This document shows, in pieces, positions 32,596-45,800 of a DNA stretch of 64,000 nucleotides. This DNA comes from Ascoidea asiatica JCM 7603 (lineage: Eukaryota; Fungi; Ascomycota). The notes under the pieces were generated by a model. It searched no databases. It was given only the letters and a program-made list of their open reading frames with translations, and was not told the origin of the DNA. The position numbers and the translations under genes are program-made. The stretch's first letter is position 1. Every line of letters begins with the position of its first letter. The stretch spans positions 2,298,151-2,362,150 of the forward strand of contig BCKQ01000002.1 of the NCBI GenBank assembly GCA_001600695.1, written 5' to 3'.

Positions 32596-32663
32596 ATATA
32601 AATTTTATATTTATGTATATAGAAATAAAAAAATTAAAAATGCTCAATTAATTAATTAATTAA

Positions 32664-33821
32664 TTAATTAATATCATATCCATTTTCTTTTAAAACTATT
32701 TGAATACCTTCATACATATCATCTGCAATTAATGTTGGTTTAACTTTTAAATCTGGTAAATCTAAATCATTATAAACTCCAGTTTTAACTAAAATACTTT
32801 CCCATCCATAATTATATGCTCCAATAATATCTGAATTTGGATTATCACCAACCATATAAACTTTATCAAATATTTTTTCATTTGGTGATTTACCTAATTC
32901 TGGTAAAATTTGTATTTGATTTTCAAATTCATTTAAATTTTTATTACTATTATTATAATTATTTTTTTTATACCAATCATTTAAAACAAAATGTGCAAAA
33001 TCATATGAAATTTTTGATGGTTTACCTAAAATTGTTGAATCTAATGTTAAAGAATTATTAAGTTCTTTATATAAATTTTCAACTGCAATTCTAAACATAC
33101 CTTGACCAAATCTTGGTAAATTAAAATCATTTGACCATAATAAATCATTATTTGAAAAATATAAAGGTATTGAAGGTTTATGATTATGAGAAATTGAATG
33201 ATAATCTTTTTTTGTACCATATAAACCATTATTTGAATTTAAATAATCTGATACAATTTGTAAATCAGTACCAATATCTCTTGGATCATTAAAAACTAAA
33301 ATTGCATCAATTTTTTTTGTAAAAATTTTTGAAATTTTTGGTAATAAAGAAAATTTTTTTAAATAATCATTATTTAATTCATTATAAATATTAAAAGGCC
33401 AAATATTTTTATTTGAATTAATTAAATCAATTGGAATTATAACATCTTTAAAACCATAATTTAAAGCAATTTTTCTAACATTATCATTTTTACCACCAAT
33501 TGCTAAAATTCTATTAAATTTTTTAATTAAAGCTTTAAAAGGTGTATGAGATTGAATTAATTGTAATGGATTAATATTAATTTTAATTAAATTTGATAAA
33601 ATTTTTGATCTTTCATTTTCTAAATAACCTCCACCATTTGTTAATAAAATCCATGGAATTTTTAAATTATTTAATAAATTTAAACCATTTTTAACATTTG
33701 GTATAGAATTTGAACCTTTTAATAAAACTCCATCAATATCAAATACAAATGCAATTTTTTTTTTTTTAATTTGACTTATTGAATAAAATCTTTTATATAT
33801 TAAATTAAATGAATTCACCAT
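32664..33821 (-). CDS. Mitochondrial HAD-superfamily subfamily IIA hydrolase (CECR5/HDHD5, YKR070W-like)
   Basis: FVFDIDGVL, LLTNGGG, IQSHTPF, PRFGQG, LGKP, MVGDNPNSDIIGA..YGWESILVKTGVY. Confidence 0.92.
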   Translation of the reverse strand: MVNSFNLIYKRFYSISQIKKKKIAFVFDIDGVLLKGSNSIPNVKNGLNLLNNLKIPWILLTNGGGYLENERSKILSNLIKININPLQLIQSHTPFKALIKKFNRILAIGGKNDNVRKIALNYGFKDVIIPIDLINSNKNIWPFNIYNELNNDYLKKFSLLPKISKIFTKKIDAILVFNDPRDIGTDLQIVSDYLNSNNGLYGTKKDYHSISHNHKPSIPLYFSNNDLLWSNDFNLPRFGQGMFRIAVENLYKELNNSLTLDSTILGKPSKISYDFAHFVLNDWYKKNNYNNSNKNLNEFENQIQILPELGKSPNEKIFDKVYMVGDNPNSDIIGAYNYGWESILVKTGVYNDLDLPDLKVKPTLIADDMYEGIQIVLKENGYDIN

Positions 33822-34409
33822 TTTTATATGATTATATGATTATATGATTATATGATTATATATATATTATTTTTCAATCTCGAATCTTAAATGTATAATC
33901 TCTTATCAATTATTATTAAAATCATTTAAATTGATATCTAAAGTGATATGGATAAAGTTAAAAATATAGGTTTGGAAGTAGTATTAGTGTTATGTCGGGT
34001 TCTTAAAAAAGTGTAATTTATAATTTTACTGAGGTAATAATCATTTGAATTCAGATTATAAATTATAAAAATATCAATTGAGAATCATTAATTGAAAATA
34101 AATGAATAAATATTGATAAAAAAAAAAAGAATAATAATGTGAGATAAGGATTGGCTTACTGCTACAGTACAAGAAAAAGATGAGTTTAAATTCTACAAAT
34201 TTTTGAAACTGATAAGATTTATGCAAAAAAAAGAGAAAACATTTATTTTATTTGTATATATAGATATTTAAAATATCTTGAATATATTACTTGAAGTAAT
34301 TATTGTGATGTATGTTAATAGTACTTTTGACATATTTTAGTACTTATGAATGAATTGAAACTGTATCTAGTTTTTAATAAAGATTGAAAATATGATAAAT
34401 TTAAATCAA

Positions 34410-34610
34410 TCAATGTTCCCATGGATGTTTTAAACCAAACATAACTGGACCATCTTCTTTTATTCTATAGAACATCCAAAAAAACATCATTCCTCCTAAA
34501 GCTTTGGCAGTATATGTGTAAACTTTTGATACTTTTGGAACTGGAACTATAGCATGACGAACATACTTTGGAGCATGATGAGCAGATCTTATTATCAATG
34601 AACTTCTCAT
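34410..34610 (-). CDS. NADH:ubiquinone oxidoreductase accessory subunit, NDUFB2/AGGG-like
   Basis: 66 aa; AKALGGMMFFWMFYRIKEDGPVMFGLKHPWEH matches the fungal NDUFB2 pattern (W.FY..K.DGP...G..HPW.H). Confidence 0.8.
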   Translation of the reverse strand: MRSSLIIRSAHHAPKYVRHAIVPVPKVSKVYTYTAKALGGMMFFWMFYRIKEDGPVMFGLKHPWEH

Positions 34611-35050
34611 TTGTAATGATGTATATATGATGAAATAGGAATTGAGTAAGTTATGTTTTATATATCTGAAGTAATTATATCACTCTTATAATTCAATTTA
34701 ATTTCTAATGATTCCTTCTTCATTCCCTCAGCTCTTCATGTATTTTATTTATTCTCTGGTGGATTTGAAATGGTTTCAAATCGCAGGCTCCGACGCCAAC
34801 CAATGAAAGAAAAGTAAAAACAAATAAAAACAGAGAAGCATTCAACATTCATAGTGGACCATGTACAGGACAAGATTATAGACTATACAGGACAACAATC
34901 TGCACCAGATAGGGCAAACTAGCCCCATTAAGATGGCCTCACCTATAAACACATAAATATACATTTAGGCACTGCATATAACACTAATTAACTTTAGAGC
35001 ACATTCCACCCACTGCTCTGGTGGACCCTTCCCACTGGTGGCCATATTCC

Positions 35051-35075
35051 TTCCTGATTTGGATAAAGGTAAACA
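35051..35075 (+). promoter_or_regulatory. Composite Mcm1-Forkhead (CLB2-cluster) element upstream of CDC20
   Basis: TTCCTGATTTGGATAAAGGTAAACA: CC(N6)GG followed by GTAAACA at the canonical spacing. Confidence 0.75.
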
Positions 35076-35707
35076 GAGCTCCAGTGCTGTGATTTTGGTT
35101 ATTGGCAGTCTGTGCAAAAGCAGAAACAAGATTTGCAGCTTTTCCTCAGTATTTATTCACCAGCTGCCTCTGTTTCTTCTGCTTCTTCTTCTCTTTCTGC
35201 TTCTCATTCTGCCACCAGTTCTAGTTCTGCTGCTTCTTTTTCTTCTAATTCCTATTCTTATTCCTATTCTAATTCTAATTCTAGTTCTTATTCTTTTTTC
35301 TGAATACATATTCTTCTTCTGTTCATTCGTTTTAAGATTTAAATTTCAAAAAATTTCAATATTTCAAATTAATTATCAATTATTATATATCAAATATTAA
35401 ATATTAAAGATTCAATACCCAATTCAAATTACTTAATTATCTATTTTTTTTTGCTTTTGATACCTTAAAATACCTATCCTAAAATACCTAATATCCTATA
35501 ATATCCTATGATATAAAACTTCTAATATTCTAATATATAAACTTTATCTAAATTTATGTATAAAATAGTAAATAATAATTTCAGAAAGCTAATAAAAATA
35601 TCTTTAATATCACTAATATCAATAATATCACTAGTATCATTTCAATACTACTTTAATATAATATATCTTAACATAATATAACACAATTTGAATTTTTATA
35701 ATAAAAA

Positions 35708-37591
35708 ATGAATTTTCAAGATTTTAGCTCTCCTTCAAAAATGAATATTTTTAATTCAAATAGTCAAAATATAAATAAATTATCTTTTGATCCAATTTTT
35801 TCAAAATCAAATAATCTTATTGATTTTAATTCTTTTGATATCAATAATAATAATAATAATAATAATAACAATAATAACAATAATAATAATAAAAATGAAA
35901 ATCTAAACTTTTTTATAAATAGATCCCCATCAAAATTTAAATCAACTAATAATACCATTAATAAAATCAACAATAGACCTCATTCAAGATCAAAATCTTA
36001 TAATAATTATGAATCTCATTCAATATCAAAATCTAAATCTAAATCTTATTCTAATTCTCATTCTCATTCTCAATCTAAATCTAAATCTAAATCTCAATTA
36101 CTTTCTTTCAATAAATTAACTAATAATATTAATATTAATAATATTGATACTTCTAATATTAATAATAATGATAATCATAATGATCTCAATAATAACATTG
36201 ATAATAATAATATAAAAACTTCTCCTGTGCGTCGTCTTAGAAGAACAACAACTAATGATAGATTTATACCTTCAAGAACAACATCTGCTGGAAAACTTTT
36301 TAATGAAGATTCAAAACCAAAAGCAACTGATTCTCCAGAAAAACATATAGAATGTCAAACAAAAAAAATTTATAAATTTTCTGTTGCAAGAGCTTGTGGT
36401 TTAGAAAGTCAAAGAATTTTAAAATTTCAAATTCCACCACCTGAAAATTCAAATTCAATAAATTTTTATTCTAAATTTCCAAATAATTTTAATGATCAAT
36501 TAAATTTTAATAATATTTCAAATTTAAATTCAAATTTAAATTCAAATTCAATACCTTTAATAAAACCTTCAATTGCAATTTCAAGATCTAGAAAAGTTCC
36601 AACTTTACCTGATAGAGTACTTGATGCTCCAGGTTTAATTGATAATTTTTATTCAAATTTACTTTCTTGGTCTTCAACAAATTTATTAGCTGTTGCTTTA
36701 GAAAATTCAATTTATATATGGAATGCTTCAATTGGTACTGTTGGTTCTTTAACAAAATGTGATCAAATTATAACTTCAATAAAATGGTCAAATGATGGTG
36801 ATTATTTATCAATTGGTATAAATGATGGTAAAATTCAAGTTTGGGATATTGAAACAACTGCAAAATTAAGAACAATGACTGGTCATAATACAAGAATTGG
36901 TTCTCAATCTTGGAATTCATTTTTATTAACTTCTGGCTCAAAAGATGGTCAAATTATTCATAATGATGTAAGAATTAAAAATCATATAACTTCTACAATG
37001 AATTCTCATTCTGCAGAAGTTTGTGGTATAGAATGGAGAAATGATGGTAATCAATTTGCTTCTGGTGGTAATGATAATATTGTTAATATTTGGGATGCAA
37101 GATCTTCAATACCACAATTTACAAAAACTGTTCATAATGCTGCTGTTAAAGCCTTAGCATGGTCACCAAATCAAAATTCTTTATTAGCAACAGGTGGTGG
37201 TTCTGCTGATAGATATATACATTTCTGGAATTCAACAACTGGTGCAAGAGTTAATTCAATTGATACTGGTTCTCAAATATCTTCTTTAAATTGGGGTTAT
37301 GCAAATGGTACAGGTAAAGAAATTGTCGCAACTCATGGTTATCCAAATAATAGTATAAGTGTTTATTCATATCCTACATTACAAAAAACTGGTGAAATTT
37401 TAAATGCTCATAATGCAAGAATACTTTATTGTGATTTATCTCCAGATAATACAACTATTGCAACTGCAGCTGGAGATGAAAGTTTAAAATTTTGGAAAAT
37501 TTTTGATATACAAAAAAACAAATTTTCAGATTCTGAAAGTTCATTAGCTGATGAAAATAAAGATATACGAAAAGTGATGACTTTACGTTAA
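35708..37591 (+). CDS. CDC20: APC/C activator Cdc20/Slp1
   Basis: C-box DRFIPSR, KILR-like RILKF, RVLDAPGLIDNFY, WD40 repeats (HNAAVKALAW, AGDESLKFW), C-terminal TLR tail. Confidence 0.93.
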   Translation: MNFQDFSSPSKMNIFNSNSQNINKLSFDPIFSKSNNLIDFNSFDINNNNNNNNNNNNNNNNKNENLNFFINRSPSKFKSTNNTINKINNRPHSRSKSYNNYESHSISKSKSKSYSNSHSHSQSKSKSKSQLLSFNKLTNNININNIDTSNINNNDNHNDLNNNIDNNNIKTSPVRRLRRTTTNDRFIPSRTTSAGKLFNEDSKPKATDSPEKHIECQTKKIYKFSVARACGLESQRILKFQIPPPENSNSINFYSKFPNNFNDQLNFNNISNLNSNLNSNSIPLIKPSIAISRSRKVPTLPDRVLDAPGLIDNFYSNLLSWSSTNLLAVALENSIYIWNASIGTVGSLTKCDQIITSIKWSNDGDYLSIGINDGKIQVWDIETTAKLRTMTGHNTRIGSQSWNSFLLTSGSKDGQIIHNDVRIKNHITSTMNSHSAEVCGIEWRNDGNQFASGGNDNIVNIWDARSSIPQFTKTVHNAAVKALAWSPNQNSLLATGGGSADRYIHFWNSTTGARVNSIDTGSQISSLNWGYANGTGKEIVATHGYPNNSISVYSYPTLQKTGEILNAHNARILYCDLSPDNTTIATAAGDESLKFWKIFDIQKNKFSDSESSLADENKDIRKVMTLR

Positions 37592-37791
37592 TTTTTCTCA
37601 AAATATAACAGTATATACTTCTTTTTCATCCTATTTGCATTTTATCTAAGTTTCTGTTTTTTTTTTTTAATGAGTAATTTGAATATAAATATATATATAT
37701 ATATATAAATATGTTATATACCTTATGTCATATATAGAAGTTTACATGTATCAATATATAATAAAATAATAAGTTATTTGAATAAATTAAT

Positions 37792-39222
37792 TTAAGGAAT
37801 ATTATTTGATTTAATTTTTATTCTTTTTGTATCATTTTCTTTTTCATTTTTATCAAAATTATCATTTTTAACTAAATTTTTTATATTCTCATAAACTTCA
37901 TTTGTAGTTAAATTTGATTTTGAATAATTCAAATCAATTTTCTTTTTTTGAATTTCATATTGTGGATCTCTTAAAACTAACTTTATATGTTTATCAAAAT
38001 TTGATTCTGGTATAAGTTTATTAGTAATTGGACATTTAATTAATTTTTCTTTTTTATTATTATTATTATTACTATCATTAAGTGAGTTTCTATTTCTTTT
38101 TAAGCTAGTTTCATTAGGAGATTTTAAATCTATTGAATTTAAAAAATTATTAACTTCAATATTCACATCCTTGTTAGATTCATTAGTCTTTATAGGTTCT
38201 TTGTCATTATCAGTAACATTTATTATCTTTTTATCATTTAAAGATCTATATTGTAAATTATGTAAGGATAAAGGAATTGATAAATTTGTTTTTAGATTTA
38301 TATTATTGAAATTTATTGTTTGTACAAGACTAAAATCTTTCCAATCTATTGAATTATAATTTAAAATTTTCAAATTTTCCAAATTAGTTTTTTCAAAATT
38401 TTTTTTTAATATATTCAAATTTTTTATAGATTTTAAATATAAAGAATCTAATAAATTTTTTGAAAATTCTAAATTATTTTTATTTAATAGATTTATTCTT
38501 TGATTAATTGAGGTTGAAGAGTTTGATGAATTTGAGGAGGTTAAAGAAATGATTAATTTATATTGATTTATGAAATTCTTAAATAGAGAATTATATGAAT
38601 GATTTGGATTCAAGAATTGGAATTGAGATGGGGATAAATAATTTTCAACATCATTATCATTGGCACTATTATTGATATTATTTTTCTTAATATAAGAGAT
38701 CAAATTATTTAAATAATTTTCACCATTTTTTGCAATAAATAAAGCAGTTAGTTTGATAATTTGTAAATCTAATGGATAAATCATTGGAATTTCAGGCATT
38801 ATTGTATCATCAATAAGTTCGATTATATTTGAATCATTATTTAAATCTTTGATCGAGTTATTTGCTATTATTTCAGATTTTTTCTGTATTTCATCTTTTT
38901 TTTCAAGTTTTTCAATTTCATTAATTTTATTGATATTATTTCGAATTGAAGGAATTTCTTTTTGATTATTAGCAGTAGAACTTAAATCCGATAACTTCTT
39001 TTTATAATATGAATTCAAGGGATGATTTGGTAATAAAAATGAAAATTTTCCATTTTCATTATTATTGTTATTATTATTATTTATATTTCTGTTATTTTGA
39101 TTTTGATCTTTTAATAATCTTGTTTCAAAAGTAATTCCATTTCTATTGATATACGAAGCTGTTTTCGATATGATTTCTTTCATTTCCTCGGAGGGTTCTC
39201 CATTTTGTTTATGGTTGTCCAT
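37792..39222 (-). CDS. PRP21: U2 snRNP SF3a subunit Prp21 (two SURP domains)
   Basis: IISKTASYINRNG..FE, DLQIIKLTALFIAKNG, QFQFLNPNHS, IDWKDFSLVQTI and CPITNKLIPESNFDKHIKLVLRDP. Confidence 0.9.
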   Translation of the reverse strand: MDNHKQNGEPSEEMKEIISKTASYINRNGITFETRLLKDQNQNNRNINNNNNNNNENGKFSFLLPNHPLNSYYKKKLSDLSSTANNQKEIPSIRNNINKINEIEKLEKKDEIQKKSEIIANNSIKDLNNDSNIIELIDDTIMPEIPMIYPLDLQIIKLTALFIAKNGENYLNNLISYIKKNNINNSANDNDVENYLSPSQFQFLNPNHSYNSLFKNFINQYKLIISLTSSNSSNSSTSINQRINLLNKNNLEFSKNLLDSLYLKSIKNLNILKKNFEKTNLENLKILNYNSIDWKDFSLVQTINFNNINLKTNLSIPLSLHNLQYRSLNDKKIINVTDNDKEPIKTNESNKDVNIEVNNFLNSIDLKSPNETSLKRNRNSLNDSNNNNNKKEKLIKCPITNKLIPESNFDKHIKLVLRDPQYEIQKKKIDLNYSKSNLTTNEVYENIKNLVKNDNFDKNEKENDTKRIKIKSNNIP

Positions 39223-39803
39223 TATTAAATGAGTCTTATTACTTTATTGTCCTGTTATCTTATTATTTTGGTATTTATTTATTATCTCATTATCTTATTA
39301 TTATCATATCTTCTTTTTATATCTTCTTTTGTTCTATTCTTACTCTGAGTACCTTTTTCAGCTCCATCTCAAACACTTCCCGCGGACGTTTGCTTTGATC
39401 TTGATCTGTTTACGGCAATAACTAATTTCCGGGAAGTGGCTATTTATAGACCCCAATAAAAACTGCATAAACGTGATTTTACCGGAACTCTCAGCGAGGA
39501 GTCAACCGGAACTTGCCTGGTTCTGTTTTGATTCTGAATCGTCAGTTTCTGGTGCTTCTGGTGAAAGAAAAAAGAGTTCTCTCTGGATATTTCACTCTTA
39601 TTTAGGTTAATCTGCTATTAAACAACAAACAATCGCAGTAACAAAGTACCAGAGAATAAGCGTAGCACTGTATCCATGAATCAAAGTAGCTTTGTCTGAA
39701 TTACCTAGTTTTTAGTCTAGATTGAAACACCAAATATCTAGAAATAATTAAACGTAAACAGTTTTATAAAAATAGAAATAGAAATACTTATAAACAAATA
39801 AAT

Positions 39804-42800
39804 ATGAATCAAAAAAGAGATCAAAATCATAATAGTTATGGTAAACATCATAATTCAATTAGAAATAATAATTCTGATAATCCAAGTCAAAAAGAATCTC
39901 TTCCAAATTTTTTAGTAAATGAAATTCCTGTTCTTGATAAATCAAAAAATTTTTATATTAGAAATCCAAGAAATTCATTCTTACTAAATACAAATGAGTC
40001 TCCATATCCTTCAATGGAAAAATCAAAATCAAATATCAACAATAATATAAGTAATAGTAATAGTAATAATAATATAAGTAGTAGTAATAGCATTAGTATT
40101 AACAATAATAAACAAAAATCTAAAATTTCAAGAGATTCAAAAAGGTCTCAATCTTTAATGGTTAATGAATCAAATCTTTTAAAAAAAAGAAATTATTGTG
40201 AATTTACTTCTTATAATTCTCCTTCTCAGCCTTCGAATTTTATAATTAATAATAATAATAACATAAATAATAGTAACGTCATTAATCATCAAAAGAGATT
40301 CAGTTCTTTTCCAATGGGTTCAAATTCTTCAACTTTAACAGTTAACAGTAACAATAGTAATAATAACAGTAATAATAGCAGTGCTCCAAGTATTCATCAT
40401 GAATTAAGGCTGAGAAAATCTTCTCCAAATTTCTTTTCAACCGCTCAACAACATGCTCAACAAGAATCTTATCAACAATCAATTCAACAATTTCAAGATC
40501 AAATAGTTCCTGTAATTCAACCTCAATATCAATATCAAAATCAATACCAAAATCAGTATCAGAATCCATTTCAAAATCAATTTCAACATTCTCATAATAA
40601 TTCAGGTTTATCAGATTCAAGTAATAATCATCTATCTGAAACTTCAATAAATAGTCCAAAATTTATAATCTCAAATATTCATAATAATCCTTCAATTCAA
40701 GATTTTAGCCCAAATTATTCTCCATTTAATTCTCCATTACATTCATATAGTGGATCAACTTCTTCTGCAATTTCAAAATCAATATCTCCATTAAGAACTT
40801 TCACAAGTAATGATACAAATAATACTTCTCCAAATTTTTCCTCAAATAATCCAGGTGGTTCAGTTTGTGATTTACGTTCTCCAAGTTTGAATTTATCCTT
40901 TCATACTGCTAATTCTTCTTTGACTTCACTTATCCAATCTCAATCTCAATCTCAAATTCAAACTCCAATTATTAGTACTACTCCAACAAGATCTTATAAT
41001 AATATTAATAGAAACCAAATTCAAGATTTATCTTTTTTAGATCCAAAGTTTCCAATTAATCATCAAATTATTGATAATAAAATAGATAAAAGAATTGATA
41101 AAAAATCTGATAAAAAAATCGATAAAAAAATTGATTCAAATCCTAGTTCAAAACCTAGTTCGAAAAATAGTTTAGAAACTAACTCAAAAATTGACTCAAA
41201 AGTTGATTCTCCAAATGAGCTTAAAATTAACTTGAATAATAATGTTACTAACAATGTTACTGATAATATATCTAATAACATATCTAATTATATATCTGAT
41301 AGTATAACGAATGATATAACGAATGATACTAAAAATAATTCTCAAAATGATTTAAAAGATAAAAATGATTTACTAAATTTAATGGATTTAGGTGAAATTT
41401 TAGATATGGATGAATTTTCAAAAAATGATTTGTTCTCTGATATTGATGAAGATATAAATTTTAATTCTAATAATGATGATAATGATAACAAAAGTAATAA
41501 ACAAAATAATTCAACAAAATCCGATATTTCAGCTCATTTACCTATTCCAAAAGATTTGAACAATAATGGTTTTAATGATGAAATAAGGCTTCCAAGAATT
41601 GAATCAATGGAAGCAATTAGAACTCCTTATCATTCTTTATCTTTTCAGAGTATATCTAATCAAAATCAGAATCAAAACTCAAATTCAAATTCAAATATTA
41701 TTAATAAATTTAATCCTATTAGTACTTTAGATCCTTTGAAAATGTCTTATAATAATAGTAATTCATCAACAAATTTGGAAGTCTCAAAAAATGAAGATAA
41801 TGAAAATAATTATAATGATAATGAAGATGAAAATGATGAATCAGTTAAATTTAATCCCCATTTACGTTTGCATACACCTTCTAAATCAATTTCAAGAAAT
41901 CAATCTTCGGAATGTCTCTCACAAGATCAAAAAATTTTAGACTCTGATCAATTGCAAAATTCAAATAAAGTTAACTCTAAAAATGCGATAATAGATGAAA
42001 ATAATGAAAGTACTGAATATAATGAAAAAATCGAAAAAAATGAAACTGAAGTCAACGATCAGTTTAGCTTCTCAAGTTTTACTCCGCCTTCAACAAAGCA
42101 ACTTGATCCAAATTATTCAGATTCCTTAAAAGAAAGTTCAGGTACAGATTCTTCCAATGGCTCTTTTAATATTTCAGTTAGACATAAAAAATCCACGGAT
42201 TCTTTTTCTTTTTCAAATATGAGCTCAAGAAGTTCTTTACAGCAAATCTCAAAAATCAAAAAAAATGATATCAATAATAAGGAATTATTATCACAAAATC
42301 AAAATTTCGATCATAACAATAACAAATCTATAAAAAAATCTGAAAATGAAAATATATCTTTCAATGAATCTAATGTTGATACACTTGAGGAAGAAGTATT
42401 CAAACCAGTTTTCAAGAATAATAAATCTGTTCAACCAGGTACAAGATTACAAAGACATAGTATCATTCAACAAAGAATGTCAGTAAAAAGACATCGTAGA
42501 TCAGATTCTTCTTCTATAATAAATTGGGCAGTTAATGATCCTCTGCAATGGACTGTTGATCGAATTCATAAATGGTTAGATCTAAATGAATTTGATATCG
42601 GTTGGAAAGAATTTTTCTTTATTAATAATATAACTAAAGAAAAATTTTTAGATTTAAGTAATTATGAAACAATGAAAGATATGATAGAATCTTATGAAAA
42701 AAAATCACTCTCTTCTGACGGAAAAGTTCCTAAATTAAAAGGAAGTTCAAATTTTTTTTTCACTTTAAGAAAAACACTTGAAAAAGGAAATTCTTCACAT

Positions 42801-45800
42801 GATAATCCTTCTTCATCCTCTAATACCCCAATTGACAAAATTCATAGTATCAATTCTTCTTTAGGAAGTCTGGAACCTCAAAATAAAGAAACTAGTTTGC
42901 TGCCAAAATCTTCTAAAATAAATATTGAGACTAAACTTATAGACACCGACTTCCAGCAAAATCAGATAAAAACAAAAAATATTAAACAAGAAGAATTTAT
43001 AGCAAGTAAAAAATCTAATACTTCAGTAAAAGATTCAAAGTATAAAAATTCTCAAAGACCTTTTTCTACTATTGAAACATTAAAATATAAAACTCCAGGC
43101 TCTGGTTCGAGTAATTCTCCTTCCTCACCATATAGTAACTTTTTTAAAAAGCATAGTAAAAATGAATCAAGTATTCTTAATTCTTTATTTACTCAAAGCT
43201 CAACTGCTAATGCTCAATTCCATCAATTATCTGCAACATCTTCAATGGATGACTCCAAATCTAAGCTTGATTCCAGTGAGATGAAAAGAGGATTGTTGAC
43301 AAAATTAAGAAAAAGAGAAAAGACAAGAACTTTTGAAGGTCCTTCAAAAAGATTAAGTTTTGATGAATCCCCCACTAGTCCAATTTCTCTCAATACACCT
43401 TTTGAAGTTAAGAGGGACAAAGAGTTTGCTCATAAATCTGAAAGAACTTCTATAGTAAGTCATTTATTATTGAAAGATTGTCATATTGCAAAACCTAGGC
43501 CTGATAAAAGTAATAATTATATTTTAGTGACAAAAGATAATATTCATTTTGTGCCGCTTAGTGATACAAAAGTAAAGACATTGGCAAAATTCAAAGAGTC
43601 AGTTAGTGAAGTTCTTGACTTTTCACCAAGTAATATGGATATGTTGACTTTCCATATGACTGATTTTGGATGCGATCGAGGTGAAGTATTAGATGAGGAA
43701 ATTTTAGAAAATCTAGTAAATTTTGATTTCCTTGACTATAAAATCAAAATTTATGCTCAACTTGATTTACCAGTTCCAACAGAGTTATCAGCAAGCAGTA
43801 CTAGAAGTTCGGATACCAATTCTTTTGAAGTTACAGAGAATGATGATAGAATATATCCTGCTACACCACAAAATTATTATTTAACCAATCCAGAAATTGC
43901 AGAAGATTCTCATGTTGATTATATTAATTTCAAAGAAATATCTAAAAAACTTACAGCTCAAGAGAAAAATGCTCAGGAAGATTTTACGCTAGATTCCACT
44001 CCAACTTTGAATGATAATGAACAAAGAAATAATCTTGAGCGTATAAAATCCAATATAAGTTCAAATCCACGACCTCCTTTAGAAGAAAAAAAATCATTTA
44101 ACGTGAACAATGTTCTGAAACCAAATTTTGATCAAAAAACTTTTTCTTTAATAAGGAATACTAGAAGAGAAATTAATTTTGACACAAAACGAGATTCTCC
44201 TTATCAAAATACAACAGTGCCAAATTTAGTCGCCAAAAGACCCCCGCCACCACCACCAGCTTTAGGAAGATCTCCTTCATATTTATTGAAATCTTCATCA
44301 AGTGTCAGACTTAAAAAAACTCCACCTCCTCCAATCAGTGTTCCAAAACCTGGAGTCTATATAGAATCTAAGGCCGTCACTCCAATACCTGAAGAATTTT
44401 CTGCAGATGTTTCCAAGAAACAATCTGACTATAGATTTAATAGGCAGGTAAATGTAAAGAATACCTTAACAAAAAGTTGCAGTCTAATTAGAGGTAGTAC
44501 TATTAAAGATAAAACGGGAAGAAGAATGTCGAGAAGGCAAAGTTCATTGCTAAGCATATCATCCAACAGGTCATTATTGCAAGATATAAATAGGCAAAAC
44601 ACTCAGAATATCAGAAAAGAAGCGTCATCTGTTTTTCAAGAAAATCCTGTTTCATTTGATGATGCACCAGGTTTTGAGGAAGAGGATCAAAATTCTGATT
44701 CAAGTGATGATTTTTGGGCAATGGCACCCAAAGTTCCATCAAGTTCATCACATCCTTCTCTTGTATCAAGTGATTCTAATACTACTTTAACTTTTTTGAG
44801 AGATTCCAATATAAATGAGGAAAATAGCAGAATAAATAATTCAAAAGATGCATTCAAGGAAAATTCTTCTCTGGCAAATGATTTGTTGACAAGAAATGTG
44901 CCAAGCTTCACTTCTGGTGAAGTGACTTTAAATGATCTAAAACACAATGCTAAGGGAAATAATAACAGCAATAATATTAGTACTAAAAGTATTGGAAGCG
45001 GTATTGATGGTAACAATAATTCCAATCATAATTCTGGTATTGATAATACATCTGGAAACAATAGGATCAAACATAATACCAAGAATATCATTATAAATGG
45101 CAATAATAATACTTTTGATAAAACCAATAATTATTCAAATAACGTTAAGTATCTCAACAATAATAATCTAAATAAATTTTCTCAATTAAATAATATGAAT
45201 AAAATGAAGAATATGAATGTGAATGGGGTTGTAACATCTATGGAAAACTGGTCCTTCAGACCCCCAGCAGAAGTTGTCTATGATAATTTAGAGAAATTTT
45301 TCCCAAATACAAACTTAGATCAGCCGATAATGGGTGATGTTTTCATATCGCCAGTTTCTCCAATTGCAGAAACATGTGAGACCTCATTACCATCACCTTT
45401 AGAAAATTCAGAATCAATGAGAACAATTACTGCAAAATCCAAAGTACAATTTTCGGAAGAGGTCGAGAAGTTAAAAAATTCAGAAGAAAAAAACAAAGAA
45501 AAAATTAAAGAAAAAGATGAAATTCCTAACAATAATGAAGTCAAAAAACTCAATGAAAACAGCGAGGCAAATAAAGATAGTATAACGAATGCTCATAGAA
45601 ATTCTACAGAAAGTCTGGTGGGAGACGATGAATGCATTGCAATACCATCAGAATTTCAAGGATCAAGAAAATTAAGTCGTAAAAGAATGACAACTATAAG
45701 AGCACTTGCTAAAGAAGCAATTGAATTAAGAAGAAAATTTTCACAACAGACCTCAAATTCAGGTAATAAAAGTAGTGCACTATTGAGAAGAAGAAGTACG

